From: Chloroflexota bacterium
Lineage (GTDB): Bacteria; Chloroflexota; Dehalococcoidia; FW602-bin16
DNA: 64,000 nucleotides
NCBI GenBank assembly: GCA_004297765.1
Contig: SCTZ01000023.1
Span: 2,130 to 66,129, forward strand
Direction: 5' to 3'
Of this stretch, positions 17,163 through 26,487 are shown piece after piece. Made by a program: the position numbers and the translations under genes. The notes under the pieces are model-generated. The model was not told the origin of the DNA. It ran no database searches and saw nothing but the letters and a program-made list of their open reading frames with translations. Positions within the stretch are counted from its first letter, which is position 1; every line of letters begins with the position of its first letter.

Positions 17163-19397
17163 ATGACACGGCTGCTGTCCTGGCTCGACAATCTACCACT
17201 CCAGTCTCGCATCAGCCTACTGGTTTCGCTCGGGCTGATCAGCGTGCTGGCTCTGCTTACCGTTGTCGCTCTGCGAGTCGTGCAGGATACCACCGATCGC
17301 ATCGTGCACGAGCGACTGGTTATCACACAGATGACGGCCACGTATGTCGAAACCCTATTGCAAGAGGCCGTCAACGATCTCTCCAAAGCCACGACCTTCG
17401 CCTCCTTCAACCCGGAGCGAGGCAATCTATCCGAAGAAGAACACCTGATGGCCCATACTTACGGCCAGCTCGGCAACTTCACGCAGGGGTTGATCCTCGT
17501 GGACCGCCATGGCATCGTGGCGCTGGCCCATCCGCGCGAGCTCGCACCGATAGGTCACGACCTCTCCGGCGAGCCCTATATTCGGGATACGCTGGGGAAG
17601 GAGGGTCCCAATGTCTCCAACGCCTTCCGCAACCCCCTGACGGACAGGCCTACCGTGGCCGTGACCATCCCGGTACACAACAGTGACGGAGAGATCGTCT
17701 CCTACCTGACCGGGTTGATCGACCTGACCAGCCCCGCCTTCGCCGGATCGCTTACCTACGCCCAGAATCTCGGGCGAACCGGCCACGCGGACCTCCTCGA
17801 TGCCCGCGGCATCGTTGTGGCCTCCTCAGGGCCAGAGCACGTGCTGCACCCCGGCGAGCACCCTGAGTTCTACCAGCGCATGCTGCGGGAGCAGCGAGAG
17901 AATGTCGAGGCAACACCCTATGTCGAGGACGGACAGGTGGAAGGCGTGCATGTGATGGCCTTCGTACCGCTCAAGCTGGCTCCCTGGGGTATTGGACTGG
18001 GCGGCACAGAAGAAGAGACGTACGCACCGGTGCGCCGCGTGCAGACCGAGGCTAGCGTGGTCGCCGTACTATCCTTGTTGCTGGCACTTGTCTTCGTCTG
18101 GTTCACCACGCGCCGGGTCGTTCGTCCTGTTGAAGCGTTGATAACTGCTTCCGAGCAAATGGCCTCGGGCGATCTCTCCCGCCCGATCTCGATTTCGGGC
18201 GGTGGAGAGATAGGCCGTCTTGCCGGCACTTTTGACACGATGCGACTCAAATTGCAGAGCGCCTACCACGCCCTGAGAATGGAGAAGAGCCAGTATCAGG
18301 GCATCTTCCGCTCGATAGCAGATGCGGTGTTCACCGTCGATACCAAGCTATACATCACGTCGTTCAATCCTGCCGCCGCCCATATGCTAGGCTGGACTGA
18401 GAACGAAGTGCTCGGACGGACCTGCGAGGAGGCCCTAGGCTGTCAGGGCGCGAGCGGCGTCTTCTTATGTAAAACGGACTGGTCATCCACGTCCCACCTG
18501 GAGTCGTTGGAATTTCCAGCCAGCACGCGGCTAGTAGTGCACACGCGCTGTGGGGATCCAGTCACTGTAGGAGCGACCCAGGCGCCCATCTTCGACGACG
18601 ACGGGCACCTGGTCGGTCTGGTGCACGTGTTGCGCGATATCTCCGCCCAGGAGCAACTGGATCGCATGAAGGAGCAGTTCATCTCCAACGTGTCTCACGA
18701 GTTGCGCTCGCCCCTCGGCCACATCAAGGGCTACGCCACGACGCTGCTGCGCCGGGATGCTTCCTGGGACGAAAAGACGCAGCGGCGTTTCATCGGCGAG
18801 ATCGTGCAAGGCAGCGAGCGAATGCAGAAACTGGTGAACGAGCTCCTCGACATGTCACGACTTGAAGCCGGCCGCTTTGCCATCGAGAAACAGCCAATCC
18901 AGGTAGGGCACGTTGCCAGAGCAGCCGTAAAGACAGTGCGGTCGCTGTCCAAGAAGCACAAGTTCGTCGTCAGCATGCCGCAGAGTCTGCCGCGGGCGCA
19001 GGCGGACCCCCATCACATCGAGCAGGTGCTGGTCAATCTGCTGGAGAACGCGGTTAAGTACTCGCCTGAAGGCGGCTGCATCAGCGTCTTAGGCAGCACG
19101 GAGGACGGCACGGTGGTCGTCTCCGTCGCAGACGAGGGCATCGGCATCGCCGAGGATCAGTGGGAGCGCGTCTTCGAGCGATTCCAACGCGTGGACAGCA
19201 GCCTGACTCGTCAAGTGGGCGGCGTGGGACTCGGACTTTCCATCTGTCGTAAGATTATCCAAGCCCATGGCGGACGAATCTGGGTCGAAAGCAAGATAGG
19301 TCAGGGCAGCACGTTCTATTTCAGCCTGCCCATTTTCAGACAAGTAGCTCAGCGCGATCAGGAGTCGCTCGCACACAAGGGAGGTGTTCTGCCATGA
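17163..19397 (+). CDS. Sensor histidine kinase (TM-dCache-TM-HAMP-PAS-HisKA-HATPase)
   Basis: Two TM helices, HAMP EIGRLAGTFDTM, PAS FNPAAAHMLGW, SHELRSPL, NLLENAVKYS, DEGIGI, GVGLGL. Confidence 0.95.
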   Translation: MTRLLSWLDNLPLQSRISLLVSLGLISVLALLTVVALRVVQDTTDRIVHERLVITQMTATYVETLLQEAVNDLSKATTFASFNPERGNLSEEEHLMAHTYGQLGNFTQGLILVDRHGIVALAHPRELAPIGHDLSGEPYIRDTLGKEGPNVSNAFRNPLTDRPTVAVTIPVHNSDGEIVSYLTGLIDLTSPAFAGSLTYAQNLGRTGHADLLDARGIVVASSGPEHVLHPGEHPEFYQRMLREQRENVEATPYVEDGQVEGVHVMAFVPLKLAPWGIGLGGTEEETYAPVRRVQTEASVVAVLSLLLALVFVWFTTRRVVRPVEALITASEQMASGDLSRPISISGGGEIGRLAGTFDTMRLKLQSAYHALRMEKSQYQGIFRSIADAVFTVDTKLYITSFNPAAAHMLGWTENEVLGRTCEEALGCQGASGVFLCKTDWSSTSHLESLEFPASTRLVVHTRCGDPVTVGATQAPIFDDDGHLVGLVHVLRDISAQEQLDRMKEQFISNVSHELRSPLGHIKGYATTLLRRDASWDEKTQRRFIGEIVQGSERMQKLVNELLDMSRLEAGRFAIEKQPIQVGHVARAAVKTVRSLSKKHKFVVSMPQSLPRAQADPHHIEQVLVNLLENAVKYSPEGGCISVLGSTEDGTVVVSVADEGIGIAEDQWERVFERFQRVDSSLTRQVGGVGLGLSICRKIIQAHGGRIWVESKIGQGSTFYFSLPIFRQVAQRDQESLAHKGGVLP

Positions 19398-20098
19398 GGA
19401 AAGCTACGATCCTCGTCGTCGACGATGATCCGCACTACGTTCAGCTCGTACGCGTCAACATGCAGGCAAGTGGCTATCGGGTCTTGACGGCCTCCGACGG
19501 TTTGGGCGGACTCAAGATCCTGGAGACCGAACAGCCCGATCTGGTCATCCTGGACATCATGATGCCGTTTCTCGACGGCTATGAGACCTGCCGCCGGATC
19601 CGCGAGTTCTCACTCGTGCCAATCATCATGCTGACGGCACGCGGCGAGCAGGAACACAAAGTACGAGGACTGCGCGCGGGAGCCGACGACTACGTGACCA
19701 AGCCTTTCGGTGCCGATGAGCTCCTGGCCAGGGTGGAGGCCGTGCTGCGGCGCTCCATGGACTCAAGGAAGCCGCAACGGAAAGGCGACTTCACCTGCGG
19801 TGAGCTGACCATCGACTTCGCCCATCATCGCGCGCTGGTAGCCGGCGCCGACGTCGGCCTCTCCGCAACGGAATTCAAGCTGCTGAGTCAGTTGGTTGCT
19901 AACGCGGGATTCGTTGTCTCGCAAGAGGACCTCCTCAGAAAAGTATGGGGGCAAGAATACAGCGACGACCGCGAGATCCTCAAAGTCTGCATCAGTCGCC
20001 TTCGCCAGAAGATCGAGCAGGACCCGCACCATCCACAGTACATCCGCACCCGACGAGGCATTGGCTACAGCTTCGTCGCTTCTCCCCCACACCCGTAA
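19394..20098 (+). CDS. OmpR/PhoB-family response regulator
   Basis: VVDDD, LDIMMP, GADDYVTKPF, winged helix ISRLRQKIE...IRTRRGIGY. ATGA overlap with the kinase. Confidence 0.95.
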   Translation: MRKATILVVDDDPHYVQLVRVNMQASGYRVLTASDGLGGLKILETEQPDLVILDIMMPFLDGYETCRRIREFSLVPIIMLTARGEQEHKVRGLRAGADDYVTKPFGADELLARVEAVLRRSMDSRKPQRKGDFTCGELTIDFAHHRALVAGADVGLSATEFKLLSQLVANAGFVVSQEDLLRKVWGQEYSDDREILKVCISRLRQKIEQDPHHPQYIRTRRGIGYSFVASPPHP

Positions 20099-20157
20099 CC
20101 TTCCTGCAACCTTGGCGCCCACATCGTTACCTCGCAGTAACCTTGGGCCGCTACCAT
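20095..20157 (+). promoter_or_regulatory. Second promoter with tandem OmpR-type boxes
   Basis: GTAACCTTCCTGCAACCTT (20095), GTTACCTCGCAGTAACCTT (20126), 7 bp, TACCAT (20152). Confidence 0.7.
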
Positions 20158-20194
20158 GACTACCAACGAACTCTGCAAGCAAGGATGGCGCTGC

Positions 20195-20602
20195 GTGCGT
20201 GTTGCAGACAGGTCCAAGGTCCTGGTCGCCGACAGCGACAGCAAGATCCGAGAGCTCATCCGGACCAACCTGACAACTGATGAGTTCGAGGTCTCTGAGG
20301 CTGGCACCGCATGGGACTGCGTTAAGCTGGTCTGGAAAGAGAACCCCGACCTGATCATCCTGGATCTCGGACTGCCGGATCACGACGGATGGGAAGTCCT
20401 GAACCTGATGAGATTGTCCGGGATCCTGAGCGATGCCGGGGTGATCATTACCAGTGAGGACTTCCTAAGCCGCTCCGCGCTCCGCAGATCCCAGGCGACC
20501 GGATTTATCCGTAAGCCGTTCGATGTCCGTCTCCTGGTTCGCAACGTTCAGAGGGCGCTCGCCGAGCGCCAAGGCAAGGCCGCCTACGCACGCCAACATT
20601 AA
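20195..20602 (+). CDS. Stand-alone receiver-domain protein
   Basis: KVLVADSD, PDLIILDLGLP, IITS, FIRKPF. The start is placed at GTG 20195 because ATG 20156 overlaps the predicted -10. Confidence 0.85.
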   Translation: MRVADRSKVLVADSDSKIRELIRTNLTTDEFEVSEAGTAWDCVKLVWKENPDLIILDLGLPDHDGWEVLNLMRLSGILSDAGVIITSEDFLSRSALRRSQATGFIRKPFDVRLLVRNVQRALAERQGKAAYARQH

Positions 20603-20674
20603 TCTCATTGCGGATTCCAGTAGTGCTCTGTGACCAATGAATTGACAGATAGCTGTCTCAAGCAGGCGGTGGAG

Positions 20675-20752
20675 TGTCATCCTGAGTCGCAGCGAAGGAA
20701 TCCCCCGGGGCGAGGGGAGCGGATTCTTCGCGCTGCGGCGCTCAGAATGACA
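20675..20752. repeat. TGTCATYCTGAGCG..GCGAAGAATC-type inverted repeat element
   Basis: TGTCATCCTGAGTCGCAGCGAAGGAATCC ... GGATTCTTCGCGCTGCGGCGCTCAGAATGACA. Confidence 0.75.
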
Positions 20753-20773
20753 GACGAACAGGCGCGACTGCGG

Positions 20774-20812
20774 TTGACGTGTGTCAGTACACCGGTAACA
20801 CCGCAGTAGTCC
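20774..20812 (+). promoter_or_regulatory. Possible FNR/CRP-family site plus a degenerate OmpR box upstream of the cytochrome operon
   Basis: TTGAC-GTGT-GTCAG (20774-20787) and GTAACACCGCAGTAGT (20795). Confidence 0.3.
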
Positions 20813-20847
20813 ACCACAGCTCGCAATTCGTTTCGTGGAGGAGAAGT

Positions 20848-23445
20848 ATGGATAACGGGCAACAATTTGGCTCGGGGCAAGGCGCCGTCGGACCACGTCC
20901 GAGGTGTTGGTGGAAAGCACAGCGTTTTCTCCGCCTGGGCGTGATCGTCGTTGCCGGCGTTCTGATCGCGATGGCTATGGCCTGCGGATCGAACTCGGCT
21001 TTGACCAAAGAGACGGGAGCAGGCTCTAACACCAAGCCCGCCTCCTTGTTGCCGACGGTTTCCGCGGGCAAGCAACTTTACCAGCAGCATTGCAGCACCT
21101 GCCACGGGGCAGAGGGCATTCGCATGCCCATAGCTCCTCTACAGTCCAAGGAGTTTCTGGAATCACGCGGGGATGCTACTCTCATTTTGGTTATCAGCGA
21201 GGGCAAAGGCGCTATGCCGGCCTGGGGCAAGCCGAGAGGAGGACCTCTAACCGACGCCCAGGTCCAGAATGTAGTAGCCTACCTCAACTATGCGGCGAGC
21301 CGCGAGAGCTCCAGCGTCAAGGCCGGGGCTGGCCAGCAACTCTACACGGAGTCATGCGCGCGCTGCCACGGAGACAAGGGCGACCGCATCCCCGTCGCCC
21401 CACTCAATGTGAAAGGCTTCCTTGATAGCCGCTCTAACGATAGTCTGGCCACAACTATTGCCGACGGACGGGGACAAATGCCGGGCAATAGCAAGACCAA
21501 GGGCGGTCGATTGACCGATAGTCAGATCCAGGACACGATCTCCTACCTGCGCAACGTGGTCGAGACTAATGTCGCCGCGGCCGCGGGCCGCGGTCGCGAG
21601 ACATATGTTGCCAGTTGTCTGGGCTGTCACGGCGAGAAAGGTGATCGTGTCTCGGGAGTGGCTCTGGCTTCCCTCGAGTTCCTAACATCGCGAGGCGACG
21701 GCAAGCTCATCGCCTCGATCGGCGAAGGCGCCTCAACCATGCCTGGATTCGGCCGTGCCAAGGGTGGATCCCTTGATCCCAGCGACATCGGAGCCATCCT
21801 TGCCTACCTGAAAGCCTGGTCAGGCACCCGGGCCTCCAGCGCACTACCTCTGGCCGGACCGGCCGGCGAGGCGAAGGAGCTCTACTCCAGAAACTGCGCC
21901 CCGTGCCACGGCGAGACGGGGGACAAAGTCTCAGGTATCCAGCTCCGCTCCAAGGGATTCCTCCAGCAGAAGGGCGACACCCTGCTGAAGCAGACTATTG
22001 CCCGTGGCAACGCAAAGGGCATGCCCGCCTGGGGTAAGGAAAGCGGTGGACCCTTCAGCGATGACCAGATCAACGGACTGGTCGCCTATCTAAGCGCCGC
22101 GGCTGCCGACACCGGATCGTCCCCCAGCGCAGGTGCATCTGCCAGTCCCTCGCCTTCTGCGTCTGGTTCTGCTGGCAGCAACGCAAGCGGCACGTCTGGG
22201 CCCTCCTCTTCCGCGGCCCCGGCCGGTGGCGGAGCGATCAGTGCTGATTTGATAGCCAAGGGCAAGGAAGTCTTCACCAAGAACTGTACGGCTTGCCACG
22301 GTGAGACACGGGACCGCATCCCGACCTGCAAGCTTACGGATAAGAGCTGGGTGGAGGAGAAGGGCGACGCTGGTCTCACCAACAGCGTCACCAACGGCAA
22401 GGGCGGCATGCCCGCCTGGGCCGGAAAGCTCTCCACTGACGAAATCAAGGCTGTGGTCGCCTTCCTGAAAGACGCCGTCGGGATCAAGGGGGGCAGCGGC
22501 AGCACTTCAAGCAGCAGCGCCCCAGCCGGCGCCAGCGTCCTCAGTCCCGAGGCGGTGGCCAAGGGCAAAGAGGTCTTCGCCAAGAACTGCACGGCTTGCC
22601 ACGGCGAGACGCGGGATCGCATCCCGACTTGCAAGCTGGCGGATAAGGACTGGGTGACCCAGAAGGGAGAAGCCGGTCTCACCAATAGCGTCACCAACGG
22701 CAAGGGCGGCATGCCCGCCTGGGCCGGCAAGCTCTCTAACGACGAGATCAAATCTGTCGTCAGCTTCCTCCTCGACGCCGTCGGGGCGGGTGGCGGCAGT
22801 GCGTCCGGAGCCTCGTTTTCCGCGGCCCCGGCCAGCGGCGGAGCGATCAGCGCTGACCTGGTGACCAAGGGCAAGGAGGTCTTCACCAAGAACTGCACCG
22901 CTTGCCACGGCGACACGCGGGACCGCATCCCAACTTGCAAGCTGACGGATAAGAGCTGGGTGGAGGAGAAGGGCGACGCCGGACTCACCAACAGCGTCAC
23001 CAACGGCAAAGGCGGCATGCCCGCCTGGGCCGGAAAGCTCTCCACTGACGAAATCAAGGCTGTGGTCGCCTTCCTGAAAGACGCCGTCGGGGCGGGCGGT
23101 GGTGGAGGTGGTGCAGGCACGGCGGCCGGTGCCGCCTCCGCGAGCCCGGTGGCTGCGACCAGCGCGATCGTGGAGCCCACCAAGATAGACACGGCGACGG
23201 GCAAAGCGCTCTTTACGAAGAACTGTCAGATGTGCCACGGGGCCGACGGCCTGCAGCAGAAGGCCTGCCCGCTCGGCTCGAAGGAATGGGTTCAGAACAC
23301 CAGCGCGGAGGGCCTGCGGGCCCGCATCACCAACGGCAAGCCTGCCGCCGGCATGCCAACATGGGGCAAGTCGAAAGGCGGCTCGCTCAGCGACGACGAC
23401 ATCAGCGCGATCATGTTGTACATCGGGACCGAACTGGCCCGGTAA
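20848..23445 (+). CDS. Lipoprotein of eight concatenated class-I (His/Met) cytochrome c domains
   Basis: GGAGGAG RBS, h-region ending AMAC. Heme motifs CSTCH, CARCH, CLGCH, CAPCH, CTACH x3 and CQMCH, each followed by an MP(A/G/T) axial-Met motif and separated by Ser/Gly/Ala linkers. Confidence 0.95.
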   Translation: MDNGQQFGSGQGAVGPRPRCWWKAQRFLRLGVIVVAGVLIAMAMACGSNSALTKETGAGSNTKPASLLPTVSAGKQLYQQHCSTCHGAEGIRMPIAPLQSKEFLESRGDATLILVISEGKGAMPAWGKPRGGPLTDAQVQNVVAYLNYAASRESSSVKAGAGQQLYTESCARCHGDKGDRIPVAPLNVKGFLDSRSNDSLATTIADGRGQMPGNSKTKGGRLTDSQIQDTISYLRNVVETNVAAAAGRGRETYVASCLGCHGEKGDRVSGVALASLEFLTSRGDGKLIASIGEGASTMPGFGRAKGGSLDPSDIGAILAYLKAWSGTRASSALPLAGPAGEAKELYSRNCAPCHGETGDKVSGIQLRSKGFLQQKGDTLLKQTIARGNAKGMPAWGKESGGPFSDDQINGLVAYLSAAAADTGSSPSAGASASPSPSASGSAGSNASGTSGPSSSAAPAGGGAISADLIAKGKEVFTKNCTACHGETRDRIPTCKLTDKSWVEEKGDAGLTNSVTNGKGGMPAWAGKLSTDEIKAVVAFLKDAVGIKGGSGSTSSSSAPAGASVLSPEAVAKGKEVFAKNCTACHGETRDRIPTCKLADKDWVTQKGEAGLTNSVTNGKGGMPAWAGKLSNDEIKSVVSFLLDAVGAGGGSASGASFSAAPASGGAISADLVTKGKEVFTKNCTACHGDTRDRIPTCKLTDKSWVEEKGDAGLTNSVTNGKGGMPAWAGKLSTDEIKAVVAFLKDAVGAGGGGGGAGTAAGAASASPVAATSAIVEPTKIDTATGKALFTKNCQMCHGADGLQQKACPLGSKEWVQNTSAEGLRARITNGKPAAGMPTWGKSKGGSLSDDDISAIMLYIGTELAR
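22230..23095 (+). repeat. Intragenic triplication of a cytochrome c domain (~300-bp period)
   Basis: Three near-identical KGKEVF.KNCTACHG.TRDRIPTCKL...MPAWAGKLS units, differing mostly at synonymous positions. Confidence 0.9.
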
Positions 23446-23503
23446 GCCGTCGCATGAAATGTCGCGATGGGCCGATGACTGTGCGTGGAGGGACACGGGT
23501 TAC

Positions 23504-24265
23504 ATGATGGAGAGCTTACCCCTGGGTGTTTTTGCCGCATTGGAGAGATCGACGCTCTCCTGGGCCATAGCGGCTACCTTTCTGGTGCTGTTGCCTATCT
23601 GGCTGGTATTGTTTATCCGATCACGCGGAGACAGTAGTCTTCAGCCAGGGCGACTTGTCGTCATGATTGCCGGATTAGGCGCTTTGCTGACCATCCCTCT
23701 CTTGGGGGTCGGGGTCTCTCTGCTCCTGCCCGCGAACCCCACCGCGGGATCCAGCGGTCCGGCCGCCGTGAAGGCCGCGGCTTTGCCGGAGGTCACGACG
23801 GCCTCCGCTCAGGGCGAGCAGGAGAAGCCCGCGGCCACGAAGGTCCCCGCTCAGGGCGAACAGGAGAAGCCCGCGGCCACTGCTACCCGAGCGGCCGCGA
23901 CGCCGACGCTGCCGGCTCCATCGCCGACGCGAGTGCCTCCCACGCCGACACAGACGCCATCCCCCAAGCCGGCTATCTCGGCCAGCACCGAGCCAGCCCC
24001 GGACAAATCGAGGGAGCTAGCCGCGAAGGGTCGAACTGTCTTCGAGCGCGAGAGATGTGTGACCTGCCACAGCATCAACGGCAAGGGTGGCGTGATCGCA
24101 CCCGACCTGGCCGGCGTCGGAGAGCGACACTCCGCGCAGTGGATTCTCGATCACTTCAAGGACCCACAGTCTATCAGCCCGGGGACGCTCATGCCGAGGT
24201 TCAACGTGCCCGATGAGGATTTCGAGGCATTGACAGAGTATCTTCTAACACTCAGGCGTCAATAG
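23504..24265 (+). CDS. Membrane-anchored monoheme cytochrome c on a Pro/Ala/Thr linker
   Basis: Two N-terminal TM helices, a 42-bp-period duplication at 23805-23880 (AQGEQEKPAAT), and CVTCH...APDL...PGTLMP. Confidence 0.9.
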   Translation: MMESLPLGVFAALERSTLSWAIAATFLVLLPIWLVLFIRSRGDSSLQPGRLVVMIAGLGALLTIPLLGVGVSLLLPANPTAGSSGPAAVKAAALPEVTTASAQGEQEKPAATKVPAQGEQEKPAATATRAAATPTLPAPSPTRVPPTPTQTPSPKPAISASTEPAPDKSRELAAKGRTVFERERCVTCHSINGKGGVIAPDLAGVGERHSAQWILDHFKDPQSISPGTLMPRFNVPDEDFEALTEYLLTLRRQ

Positions 24266-24356
24266 CGCGGGGTTCCTGAATCCGGAGTTGCCAGCACAGG
24301 GAAAGAGTGATCGGTGGAAAGAAGGTGAAGGTTCCGTGGAAGCAAAAGGAAAGACG

Positions 24357-25316
24357 ATGAACATTGGTGCGCCACAAGCCCGAACAGCTACAGACGTGAT
24401 TTTGACCTTGGGAATTCGTTTCCTGGCGTCTATCCTGTTTATCGTCCTGGTTGGCTTCAGTCTCTACTACGTCGTCGACCGTGCCAGTCTGGTTGGGCCT
24501 TCTCCAGTCGACAATACCATGCGCGAGCTGGAGGAACTAGTCAAGCAAGAGCCGGACAACGCGAATCTGCGGGTGCAGGTGGCCCAGGCCTATACCGAGC
24601 GAGATATCTACGAGGCGGCCCTGGCCCAGTACAAGAGCGCCCTGGAGATCGAGCCAGACCATCAGGCGGCGCTAATTGGCATGGGCAATATCTACCTGGC
24701 TCAGAACAATGACAAAGAAGCTCTGGCCGCATTTCAGAAAGTGGCGGATCTGAACAAGGATAACCCCTACAAGAAGACCTTGCGCCAACTGGAAGCCGTG
24801 TACTACCGATTGGCTCTCATTCAAGAGCGTATTGGCAACCTCGAGGTCGCCCGGTCAAACCTGTTGCAGGCCCTGGACATCGAACGGACGGACTCCGACG
24901 CCTGGTATCTGCTTGGCGAGGTGCAGCGCAAGCAAAACCGTGGACAGGAGGCCGTCGAATCGTACCGAAAGGCTGTTAGTCTGGACCCGCGCTTTACCGA
25001 TGCCTATCGAGCCATGTCGGCCGTCTACACGCAAATGGGTGACCCGGCCATGGCTGAGTACGCGGACGGCATGGTGGCGGTTGCCAACCGCGACTATCAG
25101 CGCGGCTTGACTCTGCTCCAGCGATCCACATCCGCCGCTCCCGACAACGCCGATGCCCTGTGGGGACTGGGGATGTGCTATGAGAACGAAGGCCGCTACC
25201 AGGAGGCCCTGGATGCATACCTGAGCGCGGTCAATTTGGGACAGAACCACATCCTGGCCGAGATGTCCCTCAAGCGGGTGTACGAAAAAATACCAGCAGG
25301 TGAGGTGCAGAAATGA
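24357..25316 (+). CDS. Membrane-anchored TPR protein
   Basis: N-terminal TM helix followed by multiple TPR motifs (ALEIEPDH, AVSLDPRF, AAPDNADALWGLG). Confidence 0.9.
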   Translation: MNIGAPQARTATDVILTLGIRFLASILFIVLVGFSLYYVVDRASLVGPSPVDNTMRELEELVKQEPDNANLRVQVAQAYTERDIYEAALAQYKSALEIEPDHQAALIGMGNIYLAQNNDKEALAAFQKVADLNKDNPYKKTLRQLEAVYYRLALIQERIGNLEVARSNLLQALDIERTDSDAWYLLGEVQRKQNRGQEAVESYRKAVSLDPRFTDAYRAMSAVYTQMGDPAMAEYADGMVAVANRDYQRGLTLLQRSTSAAPDNADALWGLGMCYENEGRYQEALDAYLSAVNLGQNHILAEMSLKRVYEKIPAGEVQK

Positions 25317-26341
25317 CGGTCGAGCAGAGCACAAAGATCGCCCCTCCCCTGCCGCGCCACAGCAGAAGAACTATTGCCATCGGTACATTCCTATTGCTCC
25401 TAGTCGCAACGGGGCTGATCACCTACATCGCGTTCGGCTACATGCTAACACGCAAGCCAATTGCGGCCCTACTTCCGCTGCCGCGTATCTCAGCACTACA
25501 ACAAACGACCCCTCCAATTTATGCGGGAGTGATCAGCAAGCTGGCCGGACCGATGTCCATTGCCGTCAGCCCGGATGGGGAGCGAGTCTACGTCGCCGAG
25601 AGCGATGGAGAGCGGGTTGTGAAAGTCTTCAACCCGTCCGGCAATCTCCTGCAGACCCTGTCCCCACCCAACACCAGCGCGGGACAGCGCAAGCCCATGT
25701 ACATTGCCGTTGACAAGAATGGACGGGTCTTCGTCAGTGACCGCCAACGCCCGGCGGTACATATGTACGATGACAAAGGGGCCTGGATCGGCGTGTACCA
25801 ACCGGAGGAGGCGGAGAAAGACTGGTCTCCGTTGGGTCTCAACGTGCAATCGGATGGCAGCTTGATAGTGACCAACGTCGAGGGCAATGCCCACAGCGTT
25901 CTCGTGTTCGCCAGGAACGAGCGATTGATCCGGCGGATTACCCACCCATTGACGGGAGACAAGCTGTCCTTCCCCAACGGTGCCGTGCAGGATAGCCTCG
26001 GACGAACCTACGTTAGCGACAGTAACAATGGCCGCCTCCTGACCTTTGACTCCACCGGCGCAGTTGTCGGGCAGATCGAATCCACCGATGCTAAGGCCGG
26101 TCTGGCTATGCCTCGCGGAGTGGCTCTGGATGACGACGGCCGGCTCTATGTGGCCGACGCATCAAGCGACCTCGTCAGAGTTTTCCAGACTGGCGAGAAG
26201 TTAGAGTACCTGTACTCTTTTGGCAGCACGGGTGTCGATAGCGGACAGTTCCGGTTCCCGAATGGGGTAACCGTAGACAGCAAGGGGCGGATCTGGGTAG
26301 CGGACTGGGGCAACAACCGAGTCCAGATGTGGCGGTATTAG
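25313..26341 (+). CDS. Membrane-anchored NHL-repeat beta-propeller protein 1
   Basis: TM helix, then repeats P.GVA.D..GR.YV.D..N.R, and FGSTG...GQFRFPNGV. Confidence 0.9.
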   Translation: MTVEQSTKIAPPLPRHSRRTIAIGTFLLLLVATGLITYIAFGYMLTRKPIAALLPLPRISALQQTTPPIYAGVISKLAGPMSIAVSPDGERVYVAESDGERVVKVFNPSGNLLQTLSPPNTSAGQRKPMYIAVDKNGRVFVSDRQRPAVHMYDDKGAWIGVYQPEEAEKDWSPLGLNVQSDGSLIVTNVEGNAHSVLVFARNERLIRRITHPLTGDKLSFPNGAVQDSLGRTYVSDSNNGRLLTFDSTGAVVGQIESTDAKAGLAMPRGVALDDDGRLYVADASSDLVRVFQTGEKLEYLYSFGSTGVDSGQFRFPNGVTVDSKGRIWVADWGNNRVQMWRY

Positions 26342-26487
26342 GTTCCCCCAGCGCGGCGTAGGCCGTTGGGCAGGCGGGACTGAACCGAATGAGAGGGGGT
26401 GAGGCCTCAACAAATAATAGACAGACCGAAGCAGCTATATTCGGAGATGGAAACATTGGACTACACTAGGAAGGAGGGCTGATCAGT

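Noticed and set aside
22230-23095. Near-identical repeats as a diversity-generating retroelement TR/VR pair
   Set aside because: Differences are mostly third-position and not adenine-specific, and there is no reverse transcriptase in the window.
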